NCBI GenBank assembly: GCA_943367505.1
Contig: CALRJJ020000001.1
Coordinates: 1-40,009 of the forward strand
Direction: 5' to 3'
Length of the DNA: 40,009 bases
DNA from: Flavobacterium psychrophilum
GTDB taxonomy: Bacteria; Cyanobacteriota; Vampirovibrionia; Obscuribacterales; Obscuribacteraceae
Shown: one piece after another, positions 7,558-15,061 of the stretch
How positions within the stretch are numbered: the first letter of the stretch is position 1
Layout: every line of letters begins with the position of its first letter
The notes under the pieces: generated by a model
Database searches by the model: none
Told to the model about the DNA's origin: nothing
What the model saw: only the letters and a program-made list of their open reading frames with translations
Position numbers and translations under genes: made by a program

Positions 7558-8894
7558 CTGAAATAAACGAATGGCATGTACAAATTTTAGAGAGTGAACA
7601 AAAGCCTATTGCAGGCTGCTCCGCATACGCACGTCTTGGCACAGAAATCAAAATTGACCCTCAGGTCTTAAATGCCATAAAAGACGGTGCATTTCAGCCC
7701 ATTCACCACGATTTGCTGATACTTTGTGCTGCAATTGAATATGCAGACAGACGTTGGCCTCATCACGATTTTTGGTCGCGCAAATTGCGTCTTACTGTTC
7801 CTGTTTCAGAATTAGAGCTATGGCAAGAACCACAAATTGCCGACCTACTGAAACATATCCTGAGATATTTAACTTGCGACTCCTGGCATTTTGATTTCGT
7901 GCAAGCACGCGAAATACCACAATCAACTGGACAGAAGAAAATCATTTTTGACGACGAAAAAACTCTAGCTATCGCTTATAGCGATGGATTAGACTCACGC
8001 GCTGTCTGGGCTTTAAGCGGAACATACAACGAATCGATTTGCATCCGTGTGGCAAAAAAATATAATAAAGCAAAGAAAGGGGATGGCTTATTCACTCAAA
8101 TTCCATTTGCTGTCACAGTTCCTGGTGGACGGGAGAGCAGTTTTCGGTCGAGATCATTTCAGTTTTCAGTGATTACTGCAATAGCGGCGCATATTGCTGG
8201 TTTCACTCGCATTGTTGTTCCTGAGAGCGGACAGGGTGTGCTTAGTCCAGCGATTTTGCCGCTGCATAGAAACTACGCCGACTACAGAAACTATCCGTTG
8301 TTCTTTCGCAAGATGGAGCGTTTTATAAATTTGGTGCTTAAGCATAACGTTCGATACGATCAGTTCCGGCTCTGGTCGACTAAGGGTGAAACAATGGAAG
8401 CGTTTCTCAAACTTCCTGGTAAATCTCCCGAATACCTGCTTGAGACGCGCTCCTGTTGGCAGATTCGCAATGTCGTGAATTACAAAAAACGGCGCCGACA
8501 ATGTGGGCTCTGTGCTGCATGTCTTCTGAGAAGGTTCAGCTTACACAAGGCAAACGTCGTCGAACCGGAAGGGATGTATGTTGTCGAAGATTTGACTCTA
8601 TCAACCGCCAAGGGCGCGATGTTTGCCGTCCAAGAGAAATATGTACCGAGCATGATCGGTTATGGAATTGCTGCGGTCAGGCACTTTCAACAGTTTGCAA
8701 ATTTGGCTTCGAAACCTGATAGTGCTTTGCGAGTACCAATTCAAGAACTATCAGCTGCCACAGCCACTGCTCAAGACGTAGTTAGCGTCAACCTTAGGAC
8801 GCTTTTGAGTAACCATGCAAGCGAGTGGAACACATTTATTTCTGACCAAGGCAAAAATAGTTTTCTTTTGAACTGGATTGATGGAGGCACTTAA
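7554..8894 (+). CDS. QueC-like PP-loop ATP pyrophosphatase with an N-terminal extension
   Basis: PP-loop variant AIAYSDGLDSRAV. C-terminal Cys cluster SCWQ...RRRQCGLCAACLLRR like the QueC zinc site. About 130 aa of extra N-terminal sequence. Confidence 0.8.
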   Translation: MTEINEWHVQILESEQKPIAGCSAYARLGTEIKIDPQVLNAIKDGAFQPIHHDLLILCAAIEYADRRWPHHDFWSRKLRLTVPVSELELWQEPQIADLLKHILRYLTCDSWHFDFVQAREIPQSTGQKKIIFDDEKTLAIAYSDGLDSRAVWALSGTYNESICIRVAKKYNKAKKGDGLFTQIPFAVTVPGGRESSFRSRSFQFSVITAIAAHIAGFTRIVVPESGQGVLSPAILPLHRNYADYRNYPLFFRKMERFINLVLKHNVRYDQFRLWSTKGETMEAFLKLPGKSPEYLLETRSCWQIRNVVNYKKRRRQCGLCAACLLRRFSLHKANVVEPEGMYVVEDLTLSTAKGAMFAVQEKYVPSMIGYGIAAVRHFQQFANLASKPDSALRVPIQELSAATATAQDVVSVNLRTLLSNHASEWNTFISDQGKNSFLLNWIDGGT

Positions 8895-10084
8895 TGGTTG
8901 ATTTGAATGAGTTAAGTTCACAAGAAATCGGGAGGAGACTTAAAGTAGCGCGTGAGACTGCTGGTTTCAGGCAAGAGCAAGCAGCCCAAAAACTAGAAGT
9001 TTCACGACCAACTCTTGTATCCATCGAACAAGGTGCACGCAGAATCAAACCCAAAGAGTTGCAAATTCTTGCCAACTTTTATGGAATCTCTGTAAACCGT
9101 TTACTGCGGCGAGAAGCCGTTCATACAGATTTGTTGCCACGATTTAGAAGGCTAAGTGATACTGAAGACGGTGACATAAAAGTTGCAGTGAACTTACTAA
9201 ATGACTTATCTCGCGCTGACGTGGAACTCGAAAATGTGCTGGGAATAGCCAGCCGCAGAGAATATCCACCAGAGCACGGCATAAATGAGGGTGATGTATA
9301 TGAGCTTGCCGCGAAAAATGCAAACTTGATGAGGGAGCATCTGGGGCTCGGATCTGGGCCAATATCGAACATTTTTTCACTGATTGAATTTGATCTGGGA
9401 ATACGTTTGTACCAGCGTTGCCTGCCGTCAAAGATTGACGGTCTGTTTTCTTACGATGATATGGTCGGTGCCTGCATTTTGATCAACGCAAACCATCGTT
9501 TAACACGTCGGGTTCAAACAGCCAGTCATGAACTCGGACACTTCGACGGCACTCGGCAAAATCCAGAAGTCCTTGAGAGCGATGAAAAATTCAACTCGCG
9601 CGACGAACGTTACGCTCATGCCTTTGGCAGAGCTTTTCTTACTCCATCCGATTCATTTTCTGAGTCCTTCTATCAAGTTAAGAGGCTGTGTGGAACTGAC
9701 AAGTTGAGCAGAAAGCTCGTTATATTGCTCGCCGATAAGTTTCATATCTCCCGAGAGGCGTGTGTTAGAAGGCTCGAAGAGTTAGGCTTGGCGCGTAAAG
9801 GGTCGTGGGACTGGTTCGAGACAAAAGGGAAGATCACACACAGTGATGCAGTGGAAGTTTTAGGCGCAGCAGCGCATAGAGACGACCCGATAAAAGAGGA
9901 AGCTGCGCGCCCCCTTTCTCAAAGAATGAGTGTATTAGCGCACTCAGCATGGAAGCGCGATCTCTTGTCAGAGGGACAGTTAGCGGAGCTATTTAAAATC
10001 AGTCGAGTTGAGTTACGCAGAGTCATCGATGAAATCGAGGTCTTAGAAGAGGAAAATTATGAATTTTTCCAACTCGTTGACTGA
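8894..10084 (+). CDS. Xre-family HTH fused to an ImmA/IrrE (COG2856) zinc metallopeptidase
   Basis: HTH: IGRRLKVARETAGFRQEQAAQKLEVSRPTLVSIEQG. HEXXH: TASHELGHF. The start overlaps the upstream stop (TAATG). Confidence 0.85.
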   Translation: MVDLNELSSQEIGRRLKVARETAGFRQEQAAQKLEVSRPTLVSIEQGARRIKPKELQILANFYGISVNRLLRREAVHTDLLPRFRRLSDTEDGDIKVAVNLLNDLSRADVELENVLGIASRREYPPEHGINEGDVYELAAKNANLMREHLGLGSGPISNIFSLIEFDLGIRLYQRCLPSKIDGLFSYDDMVGACILINANHRLTRRVQTASHELGHFDGTRQNPEVLESDEKFNSRDERYAHAFGRAFLTPSDSFSESFYQVKRLCGTDKLSRKLVILLADKFHISREACVRRLEELGLARKGSWDWFETKGKITHSDAVEVLGAAAHRDDPIKEEAARPLSQRMSVLAHSAWKRDLLSEGQLAELFKISRVELRRVIDEIEVLEEENYEFFQLVD

Positions 10085-10697
10085 TCCGCAACTGCCACTG
10101 GTAGTGGATACGAGCGTACTTATCAGCATACAAAGTTGTGGTCAGGGAGAGGACATTTTTTCTTCCATACCAAATCCCATTATCGTTCCGAAGGTGGTTG
10201 CCGACGAATTTCAACGAGGAACCGAGGATAAATCATTTTTGCCGAAGCTCATTCTTTCGCAGCATCTACTGCTGGAAGAGGTTACAGAAACCGAAGACGA
10301 GACGTACTTCAATCTGTTGATGTCTCTAGATGATGGCGAATCCGCCACTATAGCGATTGCATTTCATAGAAAATTTCTACCGATCATTGATGAACGAAAA
10401 GGCAGAGCAAAAGCTCTCACATTAGACGCACAGCTTGCACCAGGCTGGTCTCTCGACTTACTTCAACATCAGGCGGTTGTGGAGATATTAGGCGAATCAA
10501 GAACAGCTGATCTGATTTTTTTGGCTCTACGGGACAGCCATATGAGAATCCCAGAAGAGAGAGCAGACGAAATAATCAGCCTCATTGGAGAGGGGCGGGC
10601 TCGTGAGTGTACCTGTCTTCCTAGCTATAATCGGCGTTTTCGACTTGCTGCGTTTATCGAAAAAAAAGAGAGCCCCGGGTTACCGGGGCTCATATAA
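10059..10697 (+). CDS. PIN-like nuclease domain protein
   Basis: LPLVVDTSVLISI, DDGESATIAIA and IIDERKGR give a PIN-type acidic residue pattern. GAGGAA SD. It overlaps the ImmA-like gene by 26 nt. Confidence 0.6.
   Translation: MNFSNSLTDPQLPLVVDTSVLISIQSCGQGEDIFSSIPNPIIVPKVVADEFQRGTEDKSFLPKLILSQHLLLEEVTETEDETYFNLLMSLDDGESATIAIAFHRKFLPIIDERKGRAKALTLDAQLAPGWSLDLLQHQAVVEILGESRTADLIFLALRDSHMRIPEERADEIISLIGEGRARECTCLPSYNRRFRLAAFIEKKESPGLPGLI
10671..10690 (-). terminator. rho-independent terminator of the TPWG/SHGG gene, embedded in the 3' end of the PIN gene
   Basis: AGCCCCGG-GTTA-CCGGGGCT, followed on the minus strand by CTCTTTTTTTT. Confidence 0.55.
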
Positions 10698-10698
10698 A

Positions 10699-10944
10699 TT
10701 AAAGATTGATCTTGAAAAATTCGCGCACTATTTGGGCATCTTCGTCTTCCTCGTAGAAACCGTTGAGACCCTGACTGCACCAAGTAGATTGTTTGATTTC
10801 ATTAGGGATTTCTTTATTGCGCTCAGGTGAAAGGTAATAGCCACCGTGGCTGGCGGTGGAAATAAACCAAACGCCTTCAGCGTGCTCTTCTACAGTCTGG
10901 ATTTTTCCCCATGGTGTCTTGAGTTCATTTGGAAGTGTTTGCAT
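10699..10944 (-). CDS. small conjugative-element-type protein (TPWG...SHGG...EED motifs), function unknown
   Basis: The internal ATG at 10944 has an AAGGAG SD. 81 aa: MQTLPNELKTPWGKIQ...FISTASHGGYYL...FYEEDED. Confidence 0.65.
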   Translation of the reverse strand: MQTLPNELKTPWGKIQTVEEHAEGVWFISTASHGGYYLSPERNKEIPNEIKQSTWCSQGLNGFYEEDEDAQIVREFFKINL

Positions 10945-11379
10945 ATCTGCCTCCTTGGGGCATCTGGGACGCGCACCCAGAACCGCATAAGCGCCTGGCA
11001 AAAAATTCGCGCAGCGCCTCGAAGAGGTTGATTTTGCAGCCAGAAGCGGTGTGGTTTAAGGCTAGCTACCAGAAGCCACGTAAAGGAGGTAAGAAATCAA
11101 ACCACCTTTGAACTCAAAACAGACAGAGCAAAAGCCTAGGAGTGAAGAGCTTTTTCGAAGGCGCAAGGTAAACTTCCACCAAAAGCAACAACGGCAAAAA
11201 CGCTATAGATAGCGCCCTTAGAAATCCAAAGAAATCAAACATACAATTGAAAAGTAGTCAGGGTCTGGGTTTGTACATCAGGGACGCAGTGCATAAAGTG
11301 CACGACTACCAAAAGGTCAATCCAACAATTATTTGAGCTTCGTATAGCAATCCAATTAAACCCAGGCGAAGAGCTGCTC
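10945..11379 (-). other. 435-nt GC-rich structured non-coding leader upstream of the TPWG/SHGG gene
   Basis: Hairpin CTGGG-ACGCGCA-CCCAG at 10964-10980 abuts the SD and shares CGCGCACCC with the radC leader. AACCACC at 11100-11106. Confidence 0.35.
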
Positions 11380-13179
11380 TCAACTAGAGTCACTCGGCGG
11401 TAACTTGCCTCGTACTCTTCTTTCTGGACCATGCTGCCGAGAACTAAATTCCCTTCGAAGCTGCTGGATATACGGCAAAAGCAAGACAGCGTCTTCTTCA
11501 TAGGGGGCCATACTAAGCAAACTCGACAAAGCAACGAGCCGATATTTCAGATCAACAACAGATAGGGAAAAAGGACTATCTGCTGTAAGTTGAGCAACCC
11601 TTGATCGCCACTCCTGTTCGGACGCGCTAACAGACTGAGTTTTGGCCAATTCATTAGTGTGAATCTCTTTAAGACGTTGTAGAGAAAGATCCGAAACAAC
11701 TCGACGTGCAGCTACAAGACCAGAAGGAATTTCTTCAACAAGGACAGGAGAACATGGCAAGCCTTCAGAAATCGGATTTGAATCCTCCACAGCGTTATAT
11801 TCGTCAGTACAGGATGCAAAGAAGCCATCTGCTAGCTCCTCATATTCCTGCCTCCAAATATCGGCGTGCTTGTACAGGGTAGCTCTGCCACATCCGGCAG
11901 CCTTCTGAAGTTCAAGAGTCGAAAATCGTTCTTTGCGAATCCGAAGTGCCGCGAGGGCATCTTCAATTCTGCGGCGAGCGCTAGCTTTGCGCTTGGCGTT
12001 TTCTCTAATCCAGGAAATCGGTGCTGTAGCCTTATAAGTTTCGACTTCACCGTCCCGTCTATGAGGGGGCACCCAGATGGCCATGCGCGAAATTTGGGCG
12101 GTGGCATCAGCCCGCCCACGAGCAATATCTTTACTGAATCCATTGTGGTTCGTGGCAAGAAAGTCCTGAATGAGAAGCTCGCGGCTGGCGCTGTGGGCGT
12201 AGCCGAGTGCCGGAAGTCCGCGGCTGGGATCGCCATAGAAAAAATAATGACCTAAACAGAAGGCGGCCTCAGCGCGCTGACCATTACTGGTTAATCCTTG
12301 TAAATGAAACAGGCGGCCACGTTGCCAGACTTCCGTATCAATGTTGAGTGGCAGGTGCCCGAAGACTGAAGCGACAAATAGGCTTGCTTCACCCGATGAG
12401 ACTGGTTTGCCAGCGCGAATCGGTACGAGGTTGTCGCGCTTTTCCAATTGTGGCGAGGACGTTTGGATTGCCCCCAATTCGGCGATACGAGCCTTTAAGG
12501 CAAGAAAATCGGCATAAGAATTGGCATCGCTGTCGACGCAGTCGATGAAAAACTCGAGCGCTTTGGTGGCAGACATCTCTTCACGGTAGTGATCAATATC
12601 GAGCGTCCGTTTATCAAGCCAGGCGAAACCTGCTTGAAGAGGGAGCCGTAAACCCATACCAAGTGATGCATAGCCTGGGTGTGGGAAAACTTCGAGAGTG
12701 CCTTTTGCCACTTCAAAATTGGATAACTTGAGCAGTTTCACTAACTGCTGATAAAGATTTTTGCTGCCGATTGGCTCATCAAAGAATATATAGAGGTGCC
12801 AGCCGCCGCTAAAGCTTGAGCGATATAGCGAAGAGCGCTTGAGCCCCGCCAGGGCCAGCGTCTCAAGCAATCGGTCGAGTTCTTCTTTGCAGTGATACTT
12901 GCTGTCGGTGTCGATATCGAGCACCGCATATAGGGTCTTGTTGCCAGAGCGACTACCTATATAGTATTTGTCGTTTTGAAGCGAGATCGCCTTCAAGATG
13001 CTGCTATCGTCTAGCTTCCATGTCTCGTTTGCAGATGACCAGTTGCCACCGGCTATTGGTTTGTAGATGTAACCGTAACGGTGAAACAGCGATAGAAACT
13101 GAGACACGCAAAACTCCCATCCTTCAGGGAAGAATTTCTTGCGCGCAAACCTAGTCGGCGCGCTCGACGAAGAGCGCAC
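11380..13179 (-). CDS. AEP-type primase-polymerase / plasmid replication initiator with a C-terminal HTH
   Basis: LYAVLDIDTD (DxD) and SFSGGWHLYIFFDEP (GGxH) are AEP motifs I and II. The C-terminal AAGCGRATLYKHADIWRQ is HTH-like. Confidence 0.7.
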   Translation of the reverse strand: MRSSSSAPTRFARKKFFPEGWEFCVSQFLSLFHRYGYIYKPIAGGNWSSANETWKLDDSSILKAISLQNDKYYIGSRSGNKTLYAVLDIDTDSKYHCKEELDRLLETLALAGLKRSSLYRSSFSGGWHLYIFFDEPIGSKNLYQQLVKLLKLSNFEVAKGTLEVFPHPGYASLGMGLRLPLQAGFAWLDKRTLDIDHYREEMSATKALEFFIDCVDSDANSYADFLALKARIAELGAIQTSSPQLEKRDNLVPIRAGKPVSSGEASLFVASVFGHLPLNIDTEVWQRGRLFHLQGLTSNGQRAEAAFCLGHYFFYGDPSRGLPALGYAHSASRELLIQDFLATNHNGFSKDIARGRADATAQISRMAIWVPPHRRDGEVETYKATAPISWIRENAKRKASARRRIEDALAALRIRKERFSTLELQKAAGCGRATLYKHADIWRQEYEELADGFFASCTDEYNAVEDSNPISEGLPCSPVLVEEIPSGLVAARRVVSDLSLQRLKEIHTNELAKTQSVSASEQEWRSRVAQLTADSPFSLSVVDLKYRLVALSSLLSMAPYEEDAVLLLPYIQQLRREFSSRQHGPERRVRGKLPPSDSS

Positions 13180-13510
13180 TTGAAGCTGTCCGGTAATAGT
13201 TGGTCATCCTTAATCTGGACGTGTTGACCTAACCGGACCGTTCGTCTATTCTGTGTTTACTTCGCGAAATCGGCAGAGAACGCGACAACAATAGAATACG
13301 AGGTCCGTAAAAAGGTCTCACAAAAGACATCGCCTGCAAGCGGTGTTTTTTGCTTTAGGAGTAGTTCGGACTGGTTCTTCTTTCTAGGGAGCTGGGCTCC
13401 AATGTGTCTGATAGATATACATTCAGCGTTTAATGCCAAGTGCCACCAGCCACTATATAAGGTGCTTGGATTTCAATCAATACTTTAGATCCAAAAAAGC
13501 GATCTGCACA

Positions 13511-13960
13511 GGGGGTCTAAGGGGGCGGCGCAACGACGTCGCGGGTACGCGGCTAGCGCAAAGCCGCAGACTGTCTTAATCTTGGCCCTCCAATTCGCAA
13601 TGGAGAATATTCAATCTTTTTGGCACCGGCGCAAAATGAATTGCCCTTTCACGACCGACGCAATAATCACCCGACCCGCGAAGGACGACCGACGAAGTCG
13701 CGACGCGAGCGACGCAGCCGCACAAGCCAAACAGGGCTATTGTTTTCGCCGCCACCCAAAACCACCACAAAGAGGTTGCGCAGCCACCGGCGAAACCGGC
13801 GCAATACTTTCGTCGCTACCGGCGCAGAAAATACTTTGCTTCGTCGGTCGGTAAATTCAGCGGCGCAATTAAATTAGCACACCTGCGCCGGGCAGACGTC
13901 CTGGCGCCGCAGCGTCGCAGATGTGCCGCAGATGGCAATTTGACCGACGACAAATTTGCG
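13511..13960 (+). repeat. iteron-like GC-rich repeat array next to the Rep gene (candidate oriV or ssi region)
   Basis: CCGGCGCA(A/G) at 13626, 13796 and 13819, and CGGCGCAA at 13861. This is the reverse complement of the TTGCGCCGG core at 836/886/997. 12-mer GGTTGCGCAGCC at 13774-13785 is identical to 822-833. Hairpin GCGGCT-AGCGCAA-AGCCGC at 13549-13567. AACCACCACAAAG at 13760-13772. Confidence 0.5.
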
Positions 13961-14098
13961 TCGCTGCCGATAAATAATCAACAGACCGCTCGATGCACGA
14001 GGCGACTTGATACCAGTAGTGATGCTTTTCGATAGCTTCGGGGGTATGGCGCCAAAGTCGGAATTTCTGCGCAGGTCAAGAAAAACGCCCCCAAATAG

Positions 14099-14126
14099 CT
14101 GACTTTTTAGGGTTCACCCTTATAAT
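14099..14126 (+). promoter_or_regulatory. possible sigma70 promoter of the KfrA-like/SNF2/type III operon
   Basis: CTGACT at 14099-14104, 16-nt spacer, perfect TATAAT at 14121-14126. Confidence 0.3.
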
Positions 14127-14192
14127 GGTGCGTGGCAAAACCTGGCGCATATATACATTTGATGCGCGATACCATATACGGAGATAGTACGA

Positions 14193-15050
14193 GTGAGAAC
14201 ACTAACCGTAAAAGAAACCGCAAAGATACTCGGCGTGAGCGTTCGCACTATCCAAAATCGCCTCAACGCCCAAGACTTAAATGGTAAACGGGTCACTAAC
14301 CAATATGGGACGTCTGAATGGCGTGTCTGGCCAAACAAAGAAATCTTGGACAAACTGAAGGATTTTCCGCCCGATGCATTTGCCCTCGGCGGCGACCGAC
14401 CAAGTGAAGAATTTCAAGGCGGCGACAGCAGTGCCGTACTTGATGCCGAAGCAGTAGATATTGACAACGATTACTTCGAGGATGAACAAACTCCCATAAA
14501 GTCCATCATCCGGGAAATATCTCAGCAGTTTGCGGAGCAGTTGAGTCGCGAAAAGCAGCTTAATTTCCAACTTCAGCGTGAGCTACAAGAGAAAGATCTC
14601 GAACTGAAGCGACTTCCCGACTTTCAAAAGCAAGCCGAAGATCGCCGGCTGGAAGCAGAAGCCAAAGAACTCGAAGCTATCGCCCTGGCGAAACAAGTCG
14701 AAGCCCTCAAGGCCCTGACCGAAGAGAAGGCTGCCGATCTGGCACGACTCAATGAGCTTGAGACCAAAACTTTGCCCACCATACAGCGCCAGCTTGACCA
14801 AGAACGCTCTCAAAAAGAGCAAGGCTTAGCAGAAGCCGCCGCTAAGGTCAGCGCCCTGGAAAACGCCAAACAAGAGGCAGAAATTGCCAAATCGAAGCTT
14901 GAAGAGTCTCTTCAAAACGAGATTGCTCGCCTCCGGGACGAGAAGGAAGACCAGGCACGTGCTATAGAAACTAAATTTGATTCTTTGAACCAAAAATTGG
15001 AAGCCTTACAAAAACCGTGGTGGAAGAAGTTTCTAGGTTCTCTGGATTAA
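14193..15050 (+). CDS. KfrA-like DNA-binding protein (N-terminal HTH plus a long coiled coil)
   Basis: GTG start. LTVKETAKILGVSVRTIQNRL is an HTH. It is followed by about 180 aa of E/K/Q/L-rich heptad-like sequence. Confidence 0.65.
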   Translation: MRTLTVKETAKILGVSVRTIQNRLNAQDLNGKRVTNQYGTSEWRVWPNKEILDKLKDFPPDAFALGGDRPSEEFQGGDSSAVLDAEAVDIDNDYFEDEQTPIKSIIREISQQFAEQLSREKQLNFQLQRELQEKDLELKRLPDFQKQAEDRRLEAEAKELEAIALAKQVEALKALTEEKAADLARLNELETKTLPTIQRQLDQERSQKEQGLAEAAAKVSALENAKQEAEIAKSKLEESLQNEIARLRDEKEDQARAIETKFDSLNQKLEALQKPWWKKFLGSLD

Positions 15051-15061
15051 GAAGGCGAAGT

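Noticed and set aside
7554-8894. Housekeeping queC (preQ0 biosynthesis)
   Set aside because: It has a large N-terminal extension and a non-canonical SDGLDS loop. There are no queD/queE/queF/tgt neighbours. It is in an operon with Xre-ImmA and PIN genes on a mobile element.
11235-11534. 99-aa minus-strand ORF overlapping the 3' end of the Rep gene
   Set aside because: It overlaps rep in another frame and extends into the non-coding leader, with no SD.
13511-13530. GGGGGTCTAAGGGG, resembling the GGGGTCT start of Tn3-family terminal inverted repeats
   Set aside because: I could find no inverted partner and no TnpA-size transposase in the window. The motif sits inside the iteron-like GC-rich block, so it is probably coincidence.
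13582-13877. ORFs 13582..13854, 13620..13877 (+) and 13576..13770 (-)
   Set aside because: They are mutually overlapping Arg-rich translations of the repeat array and show no translation signals.
15017-15061. GTG start at 15017 for the SNF2 gene
   Set aside because: It would overlap the KfrA-like gene by 34 nt. The ATG at 15062 gives a sensible N-terminus. The longer form cannot be excluded.
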